From Coniocarpon cinnabarinum (lineage: Eukaryota): a stretch of 59,654 nt of DNA. Each line of letters starts with the position of its first letter. Position 1 is the first letter of the stretch. Made by a program: the position numbers and the translations under genes. The notes beneath the pieces are model-generated. The model did not search any database and was not told the DNA's origin. It was given only the letters and a program-made list of their open reading frames with translations. The DNA lies in NCBI GenBank assembly GCA_051942205.1, contig JAVECO010000057.1:62001-121654 (forward strand). The letters are read 5' to 3'. Below are positions 1 to 12,232 of this stretch, piece by piece.

Positions 1-113
1 GCGCACAGAGTCTCGCACTGGTTTCGCATCTGTTGACGTTTCTGGAGAGACTCATCAGTCGGAACATTGAGCATTGCGCATAGTACTAGACACGTATTAG
101 ATAACTTCTTATC

Positions 114-1633
114 TCATGCCTTCACGAGAATGCGCAGGCCAGTCTTCCTAACCCTAGCACAGATCAGCGCAGCGAGCCCGCAAAGTATTGCTACTCCGCA
201 GAAGCACTGCAGCTGAAGATATCCAAGACGTAAAAGGGCACCAGCAATCGGATTTCCAATGAGCAAGCCGCAAGACATTCCTATTGCATTCATCGCTTGC
301 CGTGTGCCGAGCTTCTCGAGGCTCGGACAGATTGATGCCGTCACTGGCGTAATCAGTGCTTGTATGGATCCTGAGAAGACACCGTAAAGGACCGAGACTG
401 CGACCAGGGCAGTGCCGGAATCGACAGATGTCCATGCAAAGCTGAGAGTGCCAGCGGCCACCAGACTTGGAATGACTGTGTTCATCGGGCCGATGATGTC
501 GGCCTCATAACCTGTGATCTGTTCTGTTGTCAGAGCTCATCCCCGGCTCGTCAGTATCATATGTTACTTACGATTCTTCCGAAGAAGGACCCCGCATTGA
601 TGATCGCTTGCAGAACGAGTCCTACGTGTCGCGGGAGCAGGCCAGTCTGCAAGCTATAGAGTTGAAGGTAGAAAAAGGGTATGTAAAGTCCGACAAACGT
701 CAGGAAGCATGACAGAGTCCAAAGAGCAAAAGCGACGTCACGCATTGATTCCATATCGACCAGTTTCCGGGTGTGCGCAGGCTTGAATCGTTGTCGCATG
801 CATAATATCGGCAACATCTGACTGATGAGTATGACAAGCGCGGTTGCTCTTGCTGTCCAAGCAAAACCGATGCGTGGCTGAAGGGAGTAGAACATGCAGG
901 TGTATGTGATGGCGCCTGAGGTCAGAGCCATTAATTCAGGTCGAGGCGCATAGGAGGAGATCAAACAGACCTAGAGCACTGCCAGCCGCAACGATGCCCA
1001 TAGCAAATGCCCTTCTTCGCGAAAAATACGTTGGCACGATACCCTATCGACTCGCAGTCAGCATTCACTCTGACACCGAGCTCTTTTCAGATATTTCGAG
1101 CACGTACCACACTTGGCATGAACAAGCAACCTTCACCGAGGCCAGTTGCTACTCCCTGCGCCAAGAGGATTTGCCAGTATGTTGTACAGAAGCTGGTTGT
1201 CAATGTGCCCAGACATATCAAGCCGCTACCAGTCAACATGAGACTTCGCAGGTAACCCAGATCCAAGAGCGGGCCAGCAGCGCAGCTTCCGAACATGAGG
1301 AGAAAGGCTTGTAGTGAACCGATCCATGATATTTGAGAAGATGAGTTGTCACGCAGGTACTCAGTCTCATAGAATGACTGAAACACACCTGCCAAGCGTG
1401 AGCAAAACCGATTATCAAGCACTGCAATGTTGTGTCTGGGACATACCAAAAGCATTGACGAGGCCCCACGTGTTGAAATACATCACGAATGCTCCAGCCA
1501 CCTGCAACCACGCCTCGCGACCGCCATCCGGAAATTTACCTGAGGTCACTTGTCGGCGCTCCTTGTGCAGCGGCGCCGACGAGTCAGCTTGGTGTTTTGT
1601 CATTGAAATTACGTGTATCACCGGCGCAGACAT
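114..1633 (-). CDS. MFS monocarboxylate/riboflavin transporter (MCH/MCT family), multi-exon
   Basis: Spliced ORF fragments give FPDGGREAWLQVAGAF..FNTWGLVNAFGVFQSFY, SQISWIGSLQAFLL, QGVATGLGEGCLFMP, GFAWTARATA, GLYIPFFY, NAGSFFGRI and GLLIGNPIAGALL. GT..AG introns are seen, e.g. 1446-1389. Confidence 0.93.
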
Positions 1634-2044
1634 TGCAAAGCTGAGCAATGCATAAAAATAAAGTGTGGTGCTTGTAATGCTGTTAAGTGTTCTAAGTTTG
1701 AAGTTTTTTTATTTTTTGTTTTTCTTTTCTGGAGGGGCAATAGGGCCAATGAGAGTGTGCATGACATGAAAATGCGCACGCATGGATATTTCATTTTGAG
1801 TGGGTGTCATGCCGCGCCGGCAGATCCCTCAAGGCAGACACGGGGCAGACACGGGGCAACTGAAACTAGGAATCCTTCAACGTTTCCGACGGATCCGTTG
1901 TGCCGCATGCGGATAGACAGACAAGGGGTCGTCGTGCCACATGACGATTGCGACCGTTCTTCATGCCTCCCCCAGCAAAGCCTTTTGAGGCTGATGAGGT
2001 ATGCAATTGTTCACTGCTAATGATTGTCACGCGCAATCCATAAC

Positions 2045-2219
2045 CCGCAGGGGCCTCGCAGTATAGTACTTGCCACACAATAATTCAGCGTCTTATTACC
2101 AGCAAAGGCCTGTCGCCGTTGTGCTCATGAGTTTGTGACCTGAACTACGCTTGTCGAACAGGCTCGTCTTGTCGCTTGTGCTAAGATCCGGCAATGACTT
2201 TTATTTCTGACCCTTGCCG
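2045..2219 (-). mobile_element. ~175-bp MITE-like repeat, copy A (opposite orientation to the other copies)
   Basis: Begins ccgcagggg and ends cccttgccg. Its reverse complement aligns over the whole length with the copies at 7234, 14729, 15430 and 15648 (shared blocks on this strand: ataattcag, tcgccg, ggctcgtc, agatccg, cccttgccg). Confidence 0.75.
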
Positions 2220-2390
2220 TGAAGTGGACAGAGCACTCCTATAGGTGACAGAAGCTGTCAGGCTTCTTGAAATATTTGGGAAGACTCCATCATTGCGTTC
2301 ATAGCCTCGTCCCGTCATGTCAGCGCAACACTACTTGGAGAGTATCGCAACATTGGCAGCTGCATGGTACCGTGCAGCCTTTTGAACCGA

Positions 2391-3894
2391 TTAAAGGCAA
2401 GACCTGACCGAATCTGAATCGTATCCCAAATTCGGACAATTTATCTCTTCGTAGACATTTGTGCCGTAGGAGGGTCGGTCATTCGAAGTTGCGTTTTTGA
2501 CACTCCCTTTCCAGCCATTCTCTTGGCTCACGACAATGTCTGTCCTGATGTGCACGGCATCCCTGAGCTCAAGGCTTTCAGTATCACCTTGCGCACTCCG
2601 GACTCTTTCGGACCCTTTGGATGCACGAGCATCATGCCGTCGCCCAACATCAAGAGCAGCAAGACTGACGTGAGATTCTGAATCGAGTCTTTTGTTCTTG
2701 CTCTCAAGGCCATCGATAAGATCTCGCGATCGCAGTGTAAACACCGAGCGCAATCCCTGCTTGGACGCTATGTGAAAGAGATGAAAGAGTGCAGGCAGAC
2801 ACACAGAGATGATGGAGATAGCAACCTCGAGTTGCAAGAAGTATGCAATCCGAATGATGCCAACTAAGTGACTACGTCAGCAAGTCTCGATAAAATGGTT
2901 CTTTTTGTTATGAGACAGGACACTTACACGTAATGTCCACAAATTGAACCCCATTATCATGTACCACGTCCGAAATCCAAATGACCGTTACCAGCGAGAT
3001 GCCAGCAGCACTACACCTCAACTTTTAGCGCAATTCAAGTCGAAAACGTGATTGTGAAATTTTCTTACGCGTATCCCAGAATGAAAACTACCGTTAGTAA
3101 TAGCTTTCGTTGGAAACTCATCTGAAGTCTCCATAGAAGTGGCAAGGGTAGTAACATGATGAGAACATCTATGATACATCTTGAGAGAGCATTGAGGAGG
3201 AACCACAGGGGGATAATAATGCAGTGCCCATGCAATTCATGGTCCCAAAATTTGCTGACTGGAGCGCACTGGAAGATTGCGGCTATCAATGGCAGGCGTC
3301 AGCTATAATGCGTTGAAGAGTGCGTGGCATATACTGCACATACCAGCCTCGATGGCAACCTGGGAGACAATGGAAATGACTGTAAGGAACAGCAATGCAT
3401 GTCGGAACCATGGGATTTGCAGTCCATCCTCGAATACACGTTTGTAGAACCACAACGCAGATAGCTTCGGAAAGGTGACGGCGAGCGCATAAAAGTATTC
3501 GGTGGCATAAAGGCATTTCAGACCAATTTTGACGGTTTGCGGTGGCACTGCATGCATTTGTCAGAACGCCCGGCCCACTCGCAGGTGTGGGAACTCACAA
3601 GTGTAGACGTGTCTTCCAAGGCCATGATACACCCATACGATGCAACACGCAGTCTCAGCAATAAAGAATACCTGAGCTGCTAGCGTAAACCAGTCATCCC
3701 ACCCTGTGCTGTGTTAGTTGCGCAGCCTCCTGTACGTGCGATCACTGGACGAGCTCACAGAATTTGCGGCCCTTCACCGTCAAAGCTCGTGACCAGAAGC
3801 GAAGGCACACAATGACAGACGTAATGACGAGAGCGGAGACGTGCAAGGCCAATAAGCCCTTAGCCTCTTCGCTGGGGGCGACAGAAGATCCCAT
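2391..3894 (-). CDS. PTH11-like integral membrane protein (fungal rhodopsin domain, no CFEM), multi-exon
   Basis: Spliced motifs VCLRFWSRAL, GWDDWFTLAAQ, GLGRHV, FPKLSALWFYKRVF, FQCAPVSKFWD..GHC, DVLIMLLPLPLLWRLQM..RK, LEVAISIISVCLPAL. Confidence 0.9.
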
Positions 3895-6056
3895 GATGAA
3901 GCAGAAAAGATGCAGCCCAACTAACAGCAACCTCGGAGAGGCTAGGAGACTCCAATCCTTCGTGTATGTTGTGCCACCAGGAGTGCCGGAAGGGTTGTAT
4001 ATGAAATCTGCACCAGGCTCGGCAGCAGCTCCAGTACTGTGAGAGACGGAATCCTCTGTGCCTCTTACTGCAAGGTCACTTGCCTGTTTGCTACGACGAT
4101 AAACACGGCCAGCCTATTATTGTTGAGTCTCGTCTGCGACAGCGTCCCCGTGCAGCGGGTGAGCTCACGAGCACCTGTATGGGGAAGGCCAACGAGCGAG
4201 GAAGTTGTGGCGCGGCGCAGGTAATGATCGTAAAGCACATGGTGACCTTGCTTTGTGTTATGTCTGCTTGTTCATTTGATTGGAGAAACAGAGAGGAGCT
4301 TTCAATATGAGAGAATTAATGTTTGCCTGTTAAGCACGCTGTGATGGTGAAACTCGTACAAGATCCAGTAGAATGAGGCAAGTTCGAGGTACACATTGTG
4401 GGCTGGGCTTGCTCAGGCCTGCAGTCACTTAGACCTGCAGCCGCGGTCTGCGTGCTTGCGGCAACCCTCTCCACACTGTGCCTGACAGTTGCCCACATGT
4501 TCTAGACGCCTCAACGTAACGGCCAAGGCTGATGCCAGGCCCACTTGCACGTCACGGCTTCAGCGAGCAAAGGAAATGCACCGTGCATCAGTCGATCTTC
4601 GCAGACTTGCGCAGTGTGGTGAGCAAGGACGCTTCCAATGTACCACAGACAGTCCCTCCGGTTATGCATCTCTGCGTGGGGACGTGATGTGCAACCAGCT
4701 CATACTCGCAAGCTGCAAGTGGAGGGCAGCATGACGCCGCACTGATGCAGCGACTGATGTCCTGGTGCGACCCCTTGCGTGAGGGTGCGTTGGGCATTGG
4801 GAGGCGGAGATGATCCAGAATTGCTTGCTACGGAGATGGCAAAATGGGCGGCAACGAGGAAAGCCTAGGCTCGCCTCCACGTGATCATTCCAAATCTACG
4901 AGCTGGTCGTCGGCAGGGTAGATGGCCCCCGGCCTCTGGAGTACTGCCTATCTGGGCAGGTGAATACAGATGTCGTCGAGGTATGGTACCAGGAATCGTG
5001 GCGCAAATGCTGCAGCGCCAACATTTGACAACTTTCCTGTATTTTAGTGGCTTTGTCCAGACTTTCGATCCCAAAACCGTTTCATTGCGTCAATGTGAGA
5101 TGTGCTTCTGCTCGAGCAATATGATTGTAGAGAGTCTCACACAAGCTTGTAGAGGACACCTTCCGGACCAGCACTTCCTTCTTTACTGTACGCGTGGGCC
5201 AGGACTTGTGCGACCCAACCTTGGACTCCTAAAATCCTCCAAACCTCCTGCCCCCTCACGTACTCTGTCACTCTGTACTCTGCACCATCCCAGGTGACCC
5301 CAGAGCAGGCTGTGCAGATCAGCCCTTGCTCCTTTGGCATGTCTTCCGCACGCGGACACGCGAGGTATCAATCATACGCTCGCCAGACGCTTTCTTCAAG
5401 AAGGGAGCTCCCTTGTCAATGGGCTGCTCCTCGAGGGCACCGGCTTTCAAGCGTAAACCCGCCGTGATCTGACTTATCGTGCGCCGGCGCTCTAATCTTG
5501 CCAATTCTTGCACTTAGCGGACCGGATCCAGACTGCAGTTGAACTTCTAAGTTGATTCATTCTCGAGGAAGGCTGCCAGGATCGACAAACGAAAGACTTT
5601 CTCAAGTCCTGCGACTCGTATTGGTTTTCGTCGTGCCAAATGTCACTTGAATGCATGGGCATTAGAGTCGCATAGTCTTCTAAAATTTGCCCACTCACAG
5701 GGCAGTTTCGGTTTCTGCACGGCTTTCGTTGCTCGTTTGTCTCTCGAATGTCATGGGAACATTACTGTGTATTGCTAAACCGCGCACATAGGGAGCGAAT
5801 CACTGCACATTGGTTCTCGTTATCCAATCCAATCCAATTCAATTGATGCACATCAACCGCTGGTGAACCACTTCTTTTTCAGGGTCGCTCGAGGTAAGTT
5901 CAGCGGGTGTGCGTTGTGCCTAGGCAGCTACCCCGCCAGAAACAGGTACTTCCACTACTCTCCGTTCACAGCAACATCTCTCCTGCCGTGCCTGCACCGC
6001 TGCTGTCCAGAACAATTGGAATGGTTTTGCGACAAGCAGTAGAATCTGCGCAATGA

Positions 6057-7088
6057 ACGGCGTCTCAATGGCCTTGCTGCGCAAGCTACAGCCTCAACGA
6101 GAGCATCCCAGGCAGGCAGGCATTCCAACCATTAAACTTCCAGCCTTCCAGCATCAACCCACAAGACCCGAGCCCGCTCTTCAGCACGCTACCCGCCGAA
6201 GTGCGCAGCTTGATCTTGGCCAGTGCCCTCCGCCCATTTCAAGATCCACGCCCAGAGGCCCAATTTCAGACGGACACTTGCTACAGACGGCATGGATGCG
6301 CTTCGCCCGATATTTGCGATACCGCCATTCTCCGCACCTGCCGCCGCATCTACCTGGAAGCCTGGTTCCTGCCTTGGACCCAAGCGCAGCACGTCTTTTA
6401 CTTGACATGCGGACTGCGGCGTCCCAGCAGCGTGTCATCAAACCCTCGGACGGTCGGGAAGATGCAGGCGGCGTTGCGGACGCTGCATGAGCTGCATGGC
6501 GACGTCGAGCTAACAGGCGGAATCCGCATCTTTGCACAGCTGGGCCAGCTTGAAGCGTGTACAGAGTTGGCCAGAGTGCTGGGCATGGAGCATTTCCACC
6601 CACGAGTCGTCACGATCACTTTGCGCCATACGGACTGGAGGTGGTGGGAATTCGATTCCCCTCTGCACATTGCAAGTAGATGGGTCAATATGTGTACTTT
6701 CCCCGAAAGCGTGCAGGAGATTCGACTGGAGCTGGAAAGCTTGGCGCGGCGCAAGGAGCAAGTTGATAGTATTGCAGAGCAAATGTGCGAGAAATGGTGC
6801 TTTTTTCGTCGCAATGCCTCTCTGCTCCTCAGGGCACAGATCGAAGCTACAATTGTTGAGCGATGGACAGTGAGCTCGACGTGGGAGGGCAAGCGATGGG
6901 TAGAGGACGAAATCGAGGGCAAAGAAGGCGTCTTAGACTACTATGTCAAGACCGTTGTGTTTCGGCCTGCGAGTGAACGCCGACAGACTGATGCAGACCG
7001 CAGATGTCCGCGTCTTGAAGCTCCTCTGGTTGGTATGCGCGATTCCCGGGGATCACCGCGGCCGCGGCGGGCTCAGTATGTGCCTTAG
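6057..7088 (+). CDS. Conserved-type fungal hypothetical protein with an F-box-like N-terminal motif (5' end unresolved)
   Basis: The frame of ORF 6201..7088 is open from 6057 and contains SPLFSTLPAEVRSLILASAL, LRTCRRIYLEAW and ITLRHTDWRWWE. No in-frame ATG is visible. Confidence 0.7.
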   Translation, partial: TASQWPCCASYSLNESIPGRQAFQPLNFQPSSINPQDPSPLFSTLPAEVRSLILASALRPFQDPRPEAQFQTDTCYRRHGCASPDICDTAILRTCRRIYLEAWFLPWTQAQHVFYLTCGLRRPSSVSSNPRTVGKMQAALRTLHELHGDVELTGGIRIFAQLGQLEACTELARVLGMEHFHPRVVTITLRHTDWRWWEFDSPLHIASRWVNMCTFPESVQEIRLELESLARRKEQVDSIAEQMCEKWCFFRRNASLLLRAQIEATIVERWTVSSTWEGKRWVEDEIEGKEGVLDYYVKTVVFRPASERRQTDADRRCPRLEAPLVGMRDSRGSPRPRRAQYVP

Positions 7089-7233
7089 AGTAGGCCTTGA
7101 CCGAATGAGAGGGAGGGTAGGTAGATGAGGCCGGTTCGGAAGTGTTCGAAAAAGCATTCACCTTTTGTCAAAGTTGATGTGGGCATCTGCCTGGTCTTCA
7201 TTCATCCCGTCATGTGGTTGCTCTACTGACCAC

Positions 7234-7403
7234 CCGCAACGCCCATGGACGAAAGTCTTTGCCGGAGTTCAACCTATGCAACGAGCCTATACAACAAGAA
7301 CAATTCGGCTCACCAACCGGCGAGTACAACGGCGACAGCCCTTTATTATTGACGAGACGCTGAGTTTGAGGGCGGCAAGTACTGTCCCACGAGGCCCTTG
7401 CGG
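7234..7403 (+). mobile_element. ~170-bp MITE-like repeat, copy B (diverged)
   Basis: Contains acgagcctatac, cgagtacaacggcga and gcggcaa, and ends gcccttgcgg. Colinear with the copies at 14729 and 15648. Confidence 0.72.
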
Positions 7404-7720
7404 CAATTTAGGGATGCTCAGCAGATTTGCAGGAGGCGCGTGATTGATTGTGCTGTGCACTCAACGCTTTGCCAATTTTTCAGCGTTGCGCGAAGCCCAG
7501 ATCCAGAGCAACGGGCGACGCTTCGACATCACTTCACAAGTACCCACCCCGAGTGAGGGTTCATCGCGCCCCACAGGCACTCCAAGAGCAGAAGGCATGT
7601 GCTAGCCGAGATTTCAGAATAAGAGAGATGACAGCAATTGCTATGGGGAATTGCAATCTACGATAGAATCAGTCAATCTGGAGCCCATCCACGAGGGCTT
7701 GTTCGTATCTATGGCAAGGG

Positions 7721-8218
7721 TTACGGTTTGGCAGGAGGGTAATTCCTGGCATATGCCTCTTCCATAGCCTGATGCTCCTTATCGACATGTTCGCGTGACT
7801 TACGCAGGCCATTTAGTTGCTGCTTCATGCCCCATAATCTTCTCCTTTGAGTTTCTTTGTCGGGATGATCAGCATGCAGAGTATAATAATGGTCCACCTG
7901 CTGATTGTAATCTGCCTGGAGTGGGGTGAACTCGTTTTCAAGGTCTTGAGATCGTTTCTTACGACCCAAAATCTGGAACATTGGTGAGTGAGCAGGGAGA
8001 TGCGTCCAGTGTGAGAAATGGGGCTCGGGACGGCTTGCATCGAGGGAATCAATGTCAGCTATTTAGTCGGACTGGAAAGGATGTTGGTCAACTGACTTTG
8101 CCTGTTGTTCTTGTTGCTGTTGTGCCTGCTGTGCCTGCTGCTGCGGCTGCTGCGAGCTCCCTGGCTGACCCAACTGACTGTAATAGTCTCCGCCATATGG
8201 CTTGCCTGAGCCGGACAT
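7721..8218 (-). CDS. Small hypothetical protein (~144 aa), Gln-rich N-terminus and helical C-terminus, 2 exons
   Basis: Exon 1 8218-8097 reads MSGSGKPYGGDYYSQLGQPGSSQQPQQQAQQAQQQQEQQA. The 63-nt intron 8096-8034 (GTCAGT..GCTGAC..AAG) splices in frame into ORF 7721..7981. Confidence 0.65.
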
Positions 8219-8729
8219 ATTCCAAGATTGTGGATTTGAAGATAAAAGTCGGGATGCTTGGAGGATAGACCTTTGTTTGCAAAGGCTGAATCTAATTAGG
8301 GCGATGCTGCACAGCGGCTACTCATATAGAGTAACTATGTGATGCTGACGTAGCAACAAGAGAAAGGAAACGTGGCTTACATCTTGGTTCAGAGTCCAGA
8401 CGTCACACTCTCGTAAAGACTCTCGTATTCCAGCCGATAAGCGCGTTGCTTATGTCAGTCGGGGATATGTCGCAGCCGCCCAGCTCTGAGAGCTCCTGGT
8501 GTTGATATGCGCAATCCTAGGAAGCTTCAGCCACCACGCGCACAGTAGATGAGTTCGGCCACGTAGAGGTCAAGCGAGGGAGATCAAGGGAGAGGGTGCA
8601 AGAAATCCCGCTTCCAACGATAGCAATGCTGGTCATATTCTCTTAGAAAGACGATATGGGGGCCACGTTCGATCTCTCCTCATGCCAGCATGTGTTGTTC
8701 TGCTCACTGTCCCCATCACATATCACTCA

Positions 8730-9362
8730 TCATTTTTGTACCAGATCTGCGCACTCTCCACCTATGAGAGTAAGAAAGGCATCAGCCTGCGTACGCAACT
8801 CCATCAACTTGTGGTAGACTATGAGACCGCGCTTGGACTGCACAAGCTCATCTTCATGCTCATCGAACATCAGCTGTACCCCTCTCTTGACGTCTTGAGC
8901 TACACCCTGCTGAGAGTCAGCAGTCACAGCATGGTGCTTGTGGCCGGCGGTGCGTTGCAGCTCTGTCTCAGCCCATGCACTCTCGTCGAGATGCCAGCGG
9001 GTCAACGAGTCCCACTCAGGCACGTCACAGAAACCACGATCTTCAGCTATGTGCGCGTGCCGCTCCCTATATATTTGGAGGAAAGCGGAATCATGGTTCT
9101 CGGCGCAGGTTTTGGCAGCGTCGAGGGACGCGCTCAAAAGGATGTGGGCGAGCTCGCATCTTTTCTTGGGTGTGTCGAATTGCTTGGGAAGTAAAGGATG
9201 ATCATGAGGCTGTGCGGTATCTTGCGTTTGTGATGAGACTTCAGGTTTTGATTCAAGCTGCGATGTGTCCCCACTGGATCGAACGTTTAGTCTCTCGCTG
9301 GAAGACGACGTCGGTAAGGATGTTGCCGTGTCTCCAGGTGATGGCAATCCGGCATAGCCCAT
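8730..9362 (-). CDS. Hypothetical protein (210 aa)
   Basis: ATG-initiated ORF with a Ser/Thr-rich N-terminus and helical, charged C-terminus. No family recognised. Confidence 0.5.
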   Translation of the reverse strand: MGYAGLPSPGDTATSLPTSSSSERLNVRSSGDTSQLESKPEVSSQTQDTAQPHDHPLLPKQFDTPKKRCELAHILLSASLDAAKTCAENHDSAFLQIYRERHAHIAEDRGFCDVPEWDSLTRWHLDESAWAETELQRTAGHKHHAVTADSQQGVAQDVKRGVQLMFDEHEDELVQSKRGLIVYHKLMELRTQADAFLTLIGGECADLVQK

Positions 9363-9670
9363 GATGAGGTTGTTGCCTCTTCTGCCCGGAGAAGGGGCGT
9401 TGCGCAGAGGGGTATGTCAATGGCATGGGGACTCATTGTCTAGATAAATGCTAGGCAGCACCCACTGTGCAAGTACACAGTACCGCGTGCATGCAGTGTG
9501 GGCCAATGCCAACATTGGAGGCGGTGAGTCTCAATGAGGCATCAGTATCCGCGCTTGGTCCGCTCCGATCCGTCGATAACCTGAGGCTCCCGTCCCGTCA
9601 TCTGTTCATTTCTAGATGCTTTTCAGCTTATCACAGAGATGTCAACACTGCGACGTTGCGCCTATATGTT

Positions 9671-10660
9671 TCAGTCATCTTCCTTCTCCATGACGGTGTC
9701 CAACGCTGTGCGGCTCATGGCCACACTGTGCTCGAGAGCACTCAGTTTCGCCATAGCAGCGAGCAAGCTAGGATCCTGACTTTCTACGCGAAGCTTTTCC
9801 TTGACCTTCACATCGTGGCCCTTGTATTCAAAGACCTCGCCAACCTCATCATGCGTTTGGTGTCGCGGCGCCAACCCCAGTCTTCCACGAATCCCAAACC
9901 CCGTCACAGACTCCTGTGACGGCGGAGCATCTGCTCGCTCGAGTGCTCGTACTTGCAACACCAGAGCAGCGTCCGCAATGGAAAGGTGCAAGGAAATATT
10001 GGGCGGACAGGAAGGCTCAAAGATGTTCTCGTCGTGAGGTTCGAGATTCCAAGGTCTTTCTCCCGTCTCGACACGGGGCAACTGCGGCGGAAGTTCAGTC
10101 ACAGGCGTTACTGGGCGGGAAGGTCCTCCAGGTATGCTGACAGAAGTGACGCCTTTCAATGTACCTTTTGCATCTCGAACGTGCTCAAATAGCAGCGTCA
10201 ACTGACCAGCAATGAAGTTAGCGTCCTCAGCATTGCCGGTCCATTTGGTGACGTCTATGACGTCCAAAGCGTTGCTGATGAGGTTCCTGGTACGCGTCAG
10301 CTGATCTAGTGCGAGCGTGGGAGCGTCAGCCGCTTGTGAGATCGTCAATTGGTGGCTCTCTCGGCCACGAGGCGGTGGGATGCTTGCAAGTTTAAGGGCG
10401 AGGGTCCCCTTGACGATGCGAGTGCCAGTGCGCGTGATGAAGCCCTTGACTGATTCCGAGCGTAGTGAAGAAAGGACCAGAGTATGCGCGCCAGAGTCCG
10501 GAGAGAGAAGCCGATCACATTCTTCAAGGCCGGCCTTGAGAGACGACAGCGTCTCCGTATGCAAGTGTGACAGAAACCATTGTAATTCACGTGCTAGCGA
10601 CTCTCGCTCGGCTTGCACGAGGGCTTCGCGTTCAATCGGTGGGTACACAATCGTAGTCAT
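9671..10660 (-). CDS. RAV2: RAVE complex subunit 2 (Rogdi family)
   Basis: MTTIVYPP..ERESLARELQWFL, TLVLSSLRSESVKGFITRTGTRIVKG and VKVKEKLRVESQDPSLLAAMAKLSALEH match Rav2/Rogdi. Confidence 0.88.
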   Translation of the reverse strand: MTTIVYPPIEREALVQAERESLARELQWFLSHLHTETLSSLKAGLEECDRLLSPDSGAHTLVLSSLRSESVKGFITRTGTRIVKGTLALKLASIPPPRGRESHQLTISQAADAPTLALDQLTRTRNLISNALDVIDVTKWTGNAEDANFIAGQLTLLFEHVRDAKGTLKGVTSVSIPGGPSRPVTPVTELPPQLPRVETGERPWNLEPHDENIFEPSCPPNISLHLSIADAALVLQVRALERADAPPSQESVTGFGIRGRLGLAPRHQTHDEVGEVFEYKGHDVKVKEKLRVESQDPSLLAAMAKLSALEHSVAMSRTALDTVMEKEDD

Positions 10661-11290
10661 GTCTTGCCAACCATGTTGAAAGGATCTTGACGAGCTGTTC
10701 GGAAGAAAAGTATTGATTTCTGTATAATCAGCTGGCGGGACGCAAAGGGAGGAGCACAAGAAGACTGTTCATCATGCGGAGCTCGTATGGCCTTCTGGGG
10801 GACACAGTTTGATGCGTCACAGCTGACGACAAGAACAGCCCCGTTAAAGAAAGCCACAGCGCCAATATGTCGCTCTAGCTTCTAGACGCCGGCAAGTTGG
10901 CCTCGTTTGTAGTTTGCTTGGCGGTAGGAGTCCAGCTCTCGACGATACGAAGTACAGTAGCAGGGCTGATGACGACGATCCATGTCTTTGGTGGTGAACA
11001 ATGCTATGATGTCTACACGATTTATTCCGTGCTCGAGTCAAGACGGGGCGGAATCGACGAGGATGTTTTGATGTTTTGATCTAACCAGATGTGAAGCTAA
11101 AGCTAACGAAAGCTTGGCACCGGTCTTATTTCGTCATTAGCGGCAGCGCTGCCAACATCTCGACAACGCCTTGGGCGCGCGCCCTGCTTCACCTCTCCCT
11201 CCCAACCGCATCCCTTGCTCACGCGATTGCGGTCAAGATCCTCCCAGTCATCAATTTTCCGTCTGTCACGACAATACATTCGCAGACGAA

Positions 11291-12232
11291 ATGGCTGGAC
11301 GTAAGTTGAAGCTCCACACGCGTCTGAACTAGCCTCAAGACCGTGATTGCGTCTCCAGGCGCTCAACAAACATGCACCGACTGCGAGAACGCTTTGCTGA
11401 CTGATCGCCTCAGATTCGATCATCGCGTCGGTCTCCTTGGTCTTGCTCGCCGCCGCAATCCTATTCCAGTTCTTCGTCATTCTGTCGGGTGCGGTCGGAG
11501 GAGACCCCGAGCCGCACTTTTGGTTTCTGGGTGCGGACACTGGCGGCATCGCAAACGCGCCTCCAAGTTCAGCATGGACATTCTTCTCCCTATGCTCCCT
11601 CAGCGCCGTCAGCGGTAGCGCGCAGACCTTTAATTGTGGCTCCTCGCATGCCGCTTTCCCACTGAACCCTCCCGGAAACTTCAATACGACCAGAAACATT
11701 CCGCCGCAGTTTCTCAATACACACTACTACTATTACCTGTCGCGATTCGCTGTGGCGTTCTTCTATATCGCAATCTTCTTCTCGGTCGTGTCACTATTCC
11801 TGGGATTGTTGGCGCTATGCACAAGGCTGGGCTCATACCTGACCGGGTTCACTGTCTCGCTCGCCTTCTTCTTCCAAGGCTTATCCACGGCATTAATGAC
11901 GTACGTGATGTCCACCTCGAATCTGGCTGTGTTTTGTGGTCAGCTAATCGAGAAATAGTGCATGGGTAGTCAAAGGTCGCAACGCGTTCCGAGCTGTTGG
12001 ACGAAACGCTGTGATTGGCAGATATAGCATGGGATTTGAATGGGCCACGGTCGCGGCACTGTTCGTCTGTGTCGTCCTCTTCTGCGCAGCTCCGTCAGCC
12101 AGCAGAAACAAGAGCAAGGCCCCACCAAGTCGCTTCGGCATGTTCGGTCGCAAAAGAAGCACACGAAGCCGAGGCAGTTTCTACGGTGGTGAATCAGACA
12201 GTGGGGGTCGTGTCAAGGAAGACTACGCGTGA
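11291..12232 (+). CDS. SUR7: SUR7/PalI family eisosome membrane protein, 3 exons
   Basis: Exon 1 ATGGCTGGAC, introns 11301-11413 and ~11902-11956. Motifs FWFLGADTGGI..AP..SAWTFFSLC, HYYYYLSRFA, LALCTRLGSYL, AWVVKGRNAF. Confidence 0.9.

Noticed and set aside
4080..5700. Several 60-140 aa ORFs between the PTH11-like gene and the F-box-like gene
   Set aside because: No recognisable motifs or consistent splice model.
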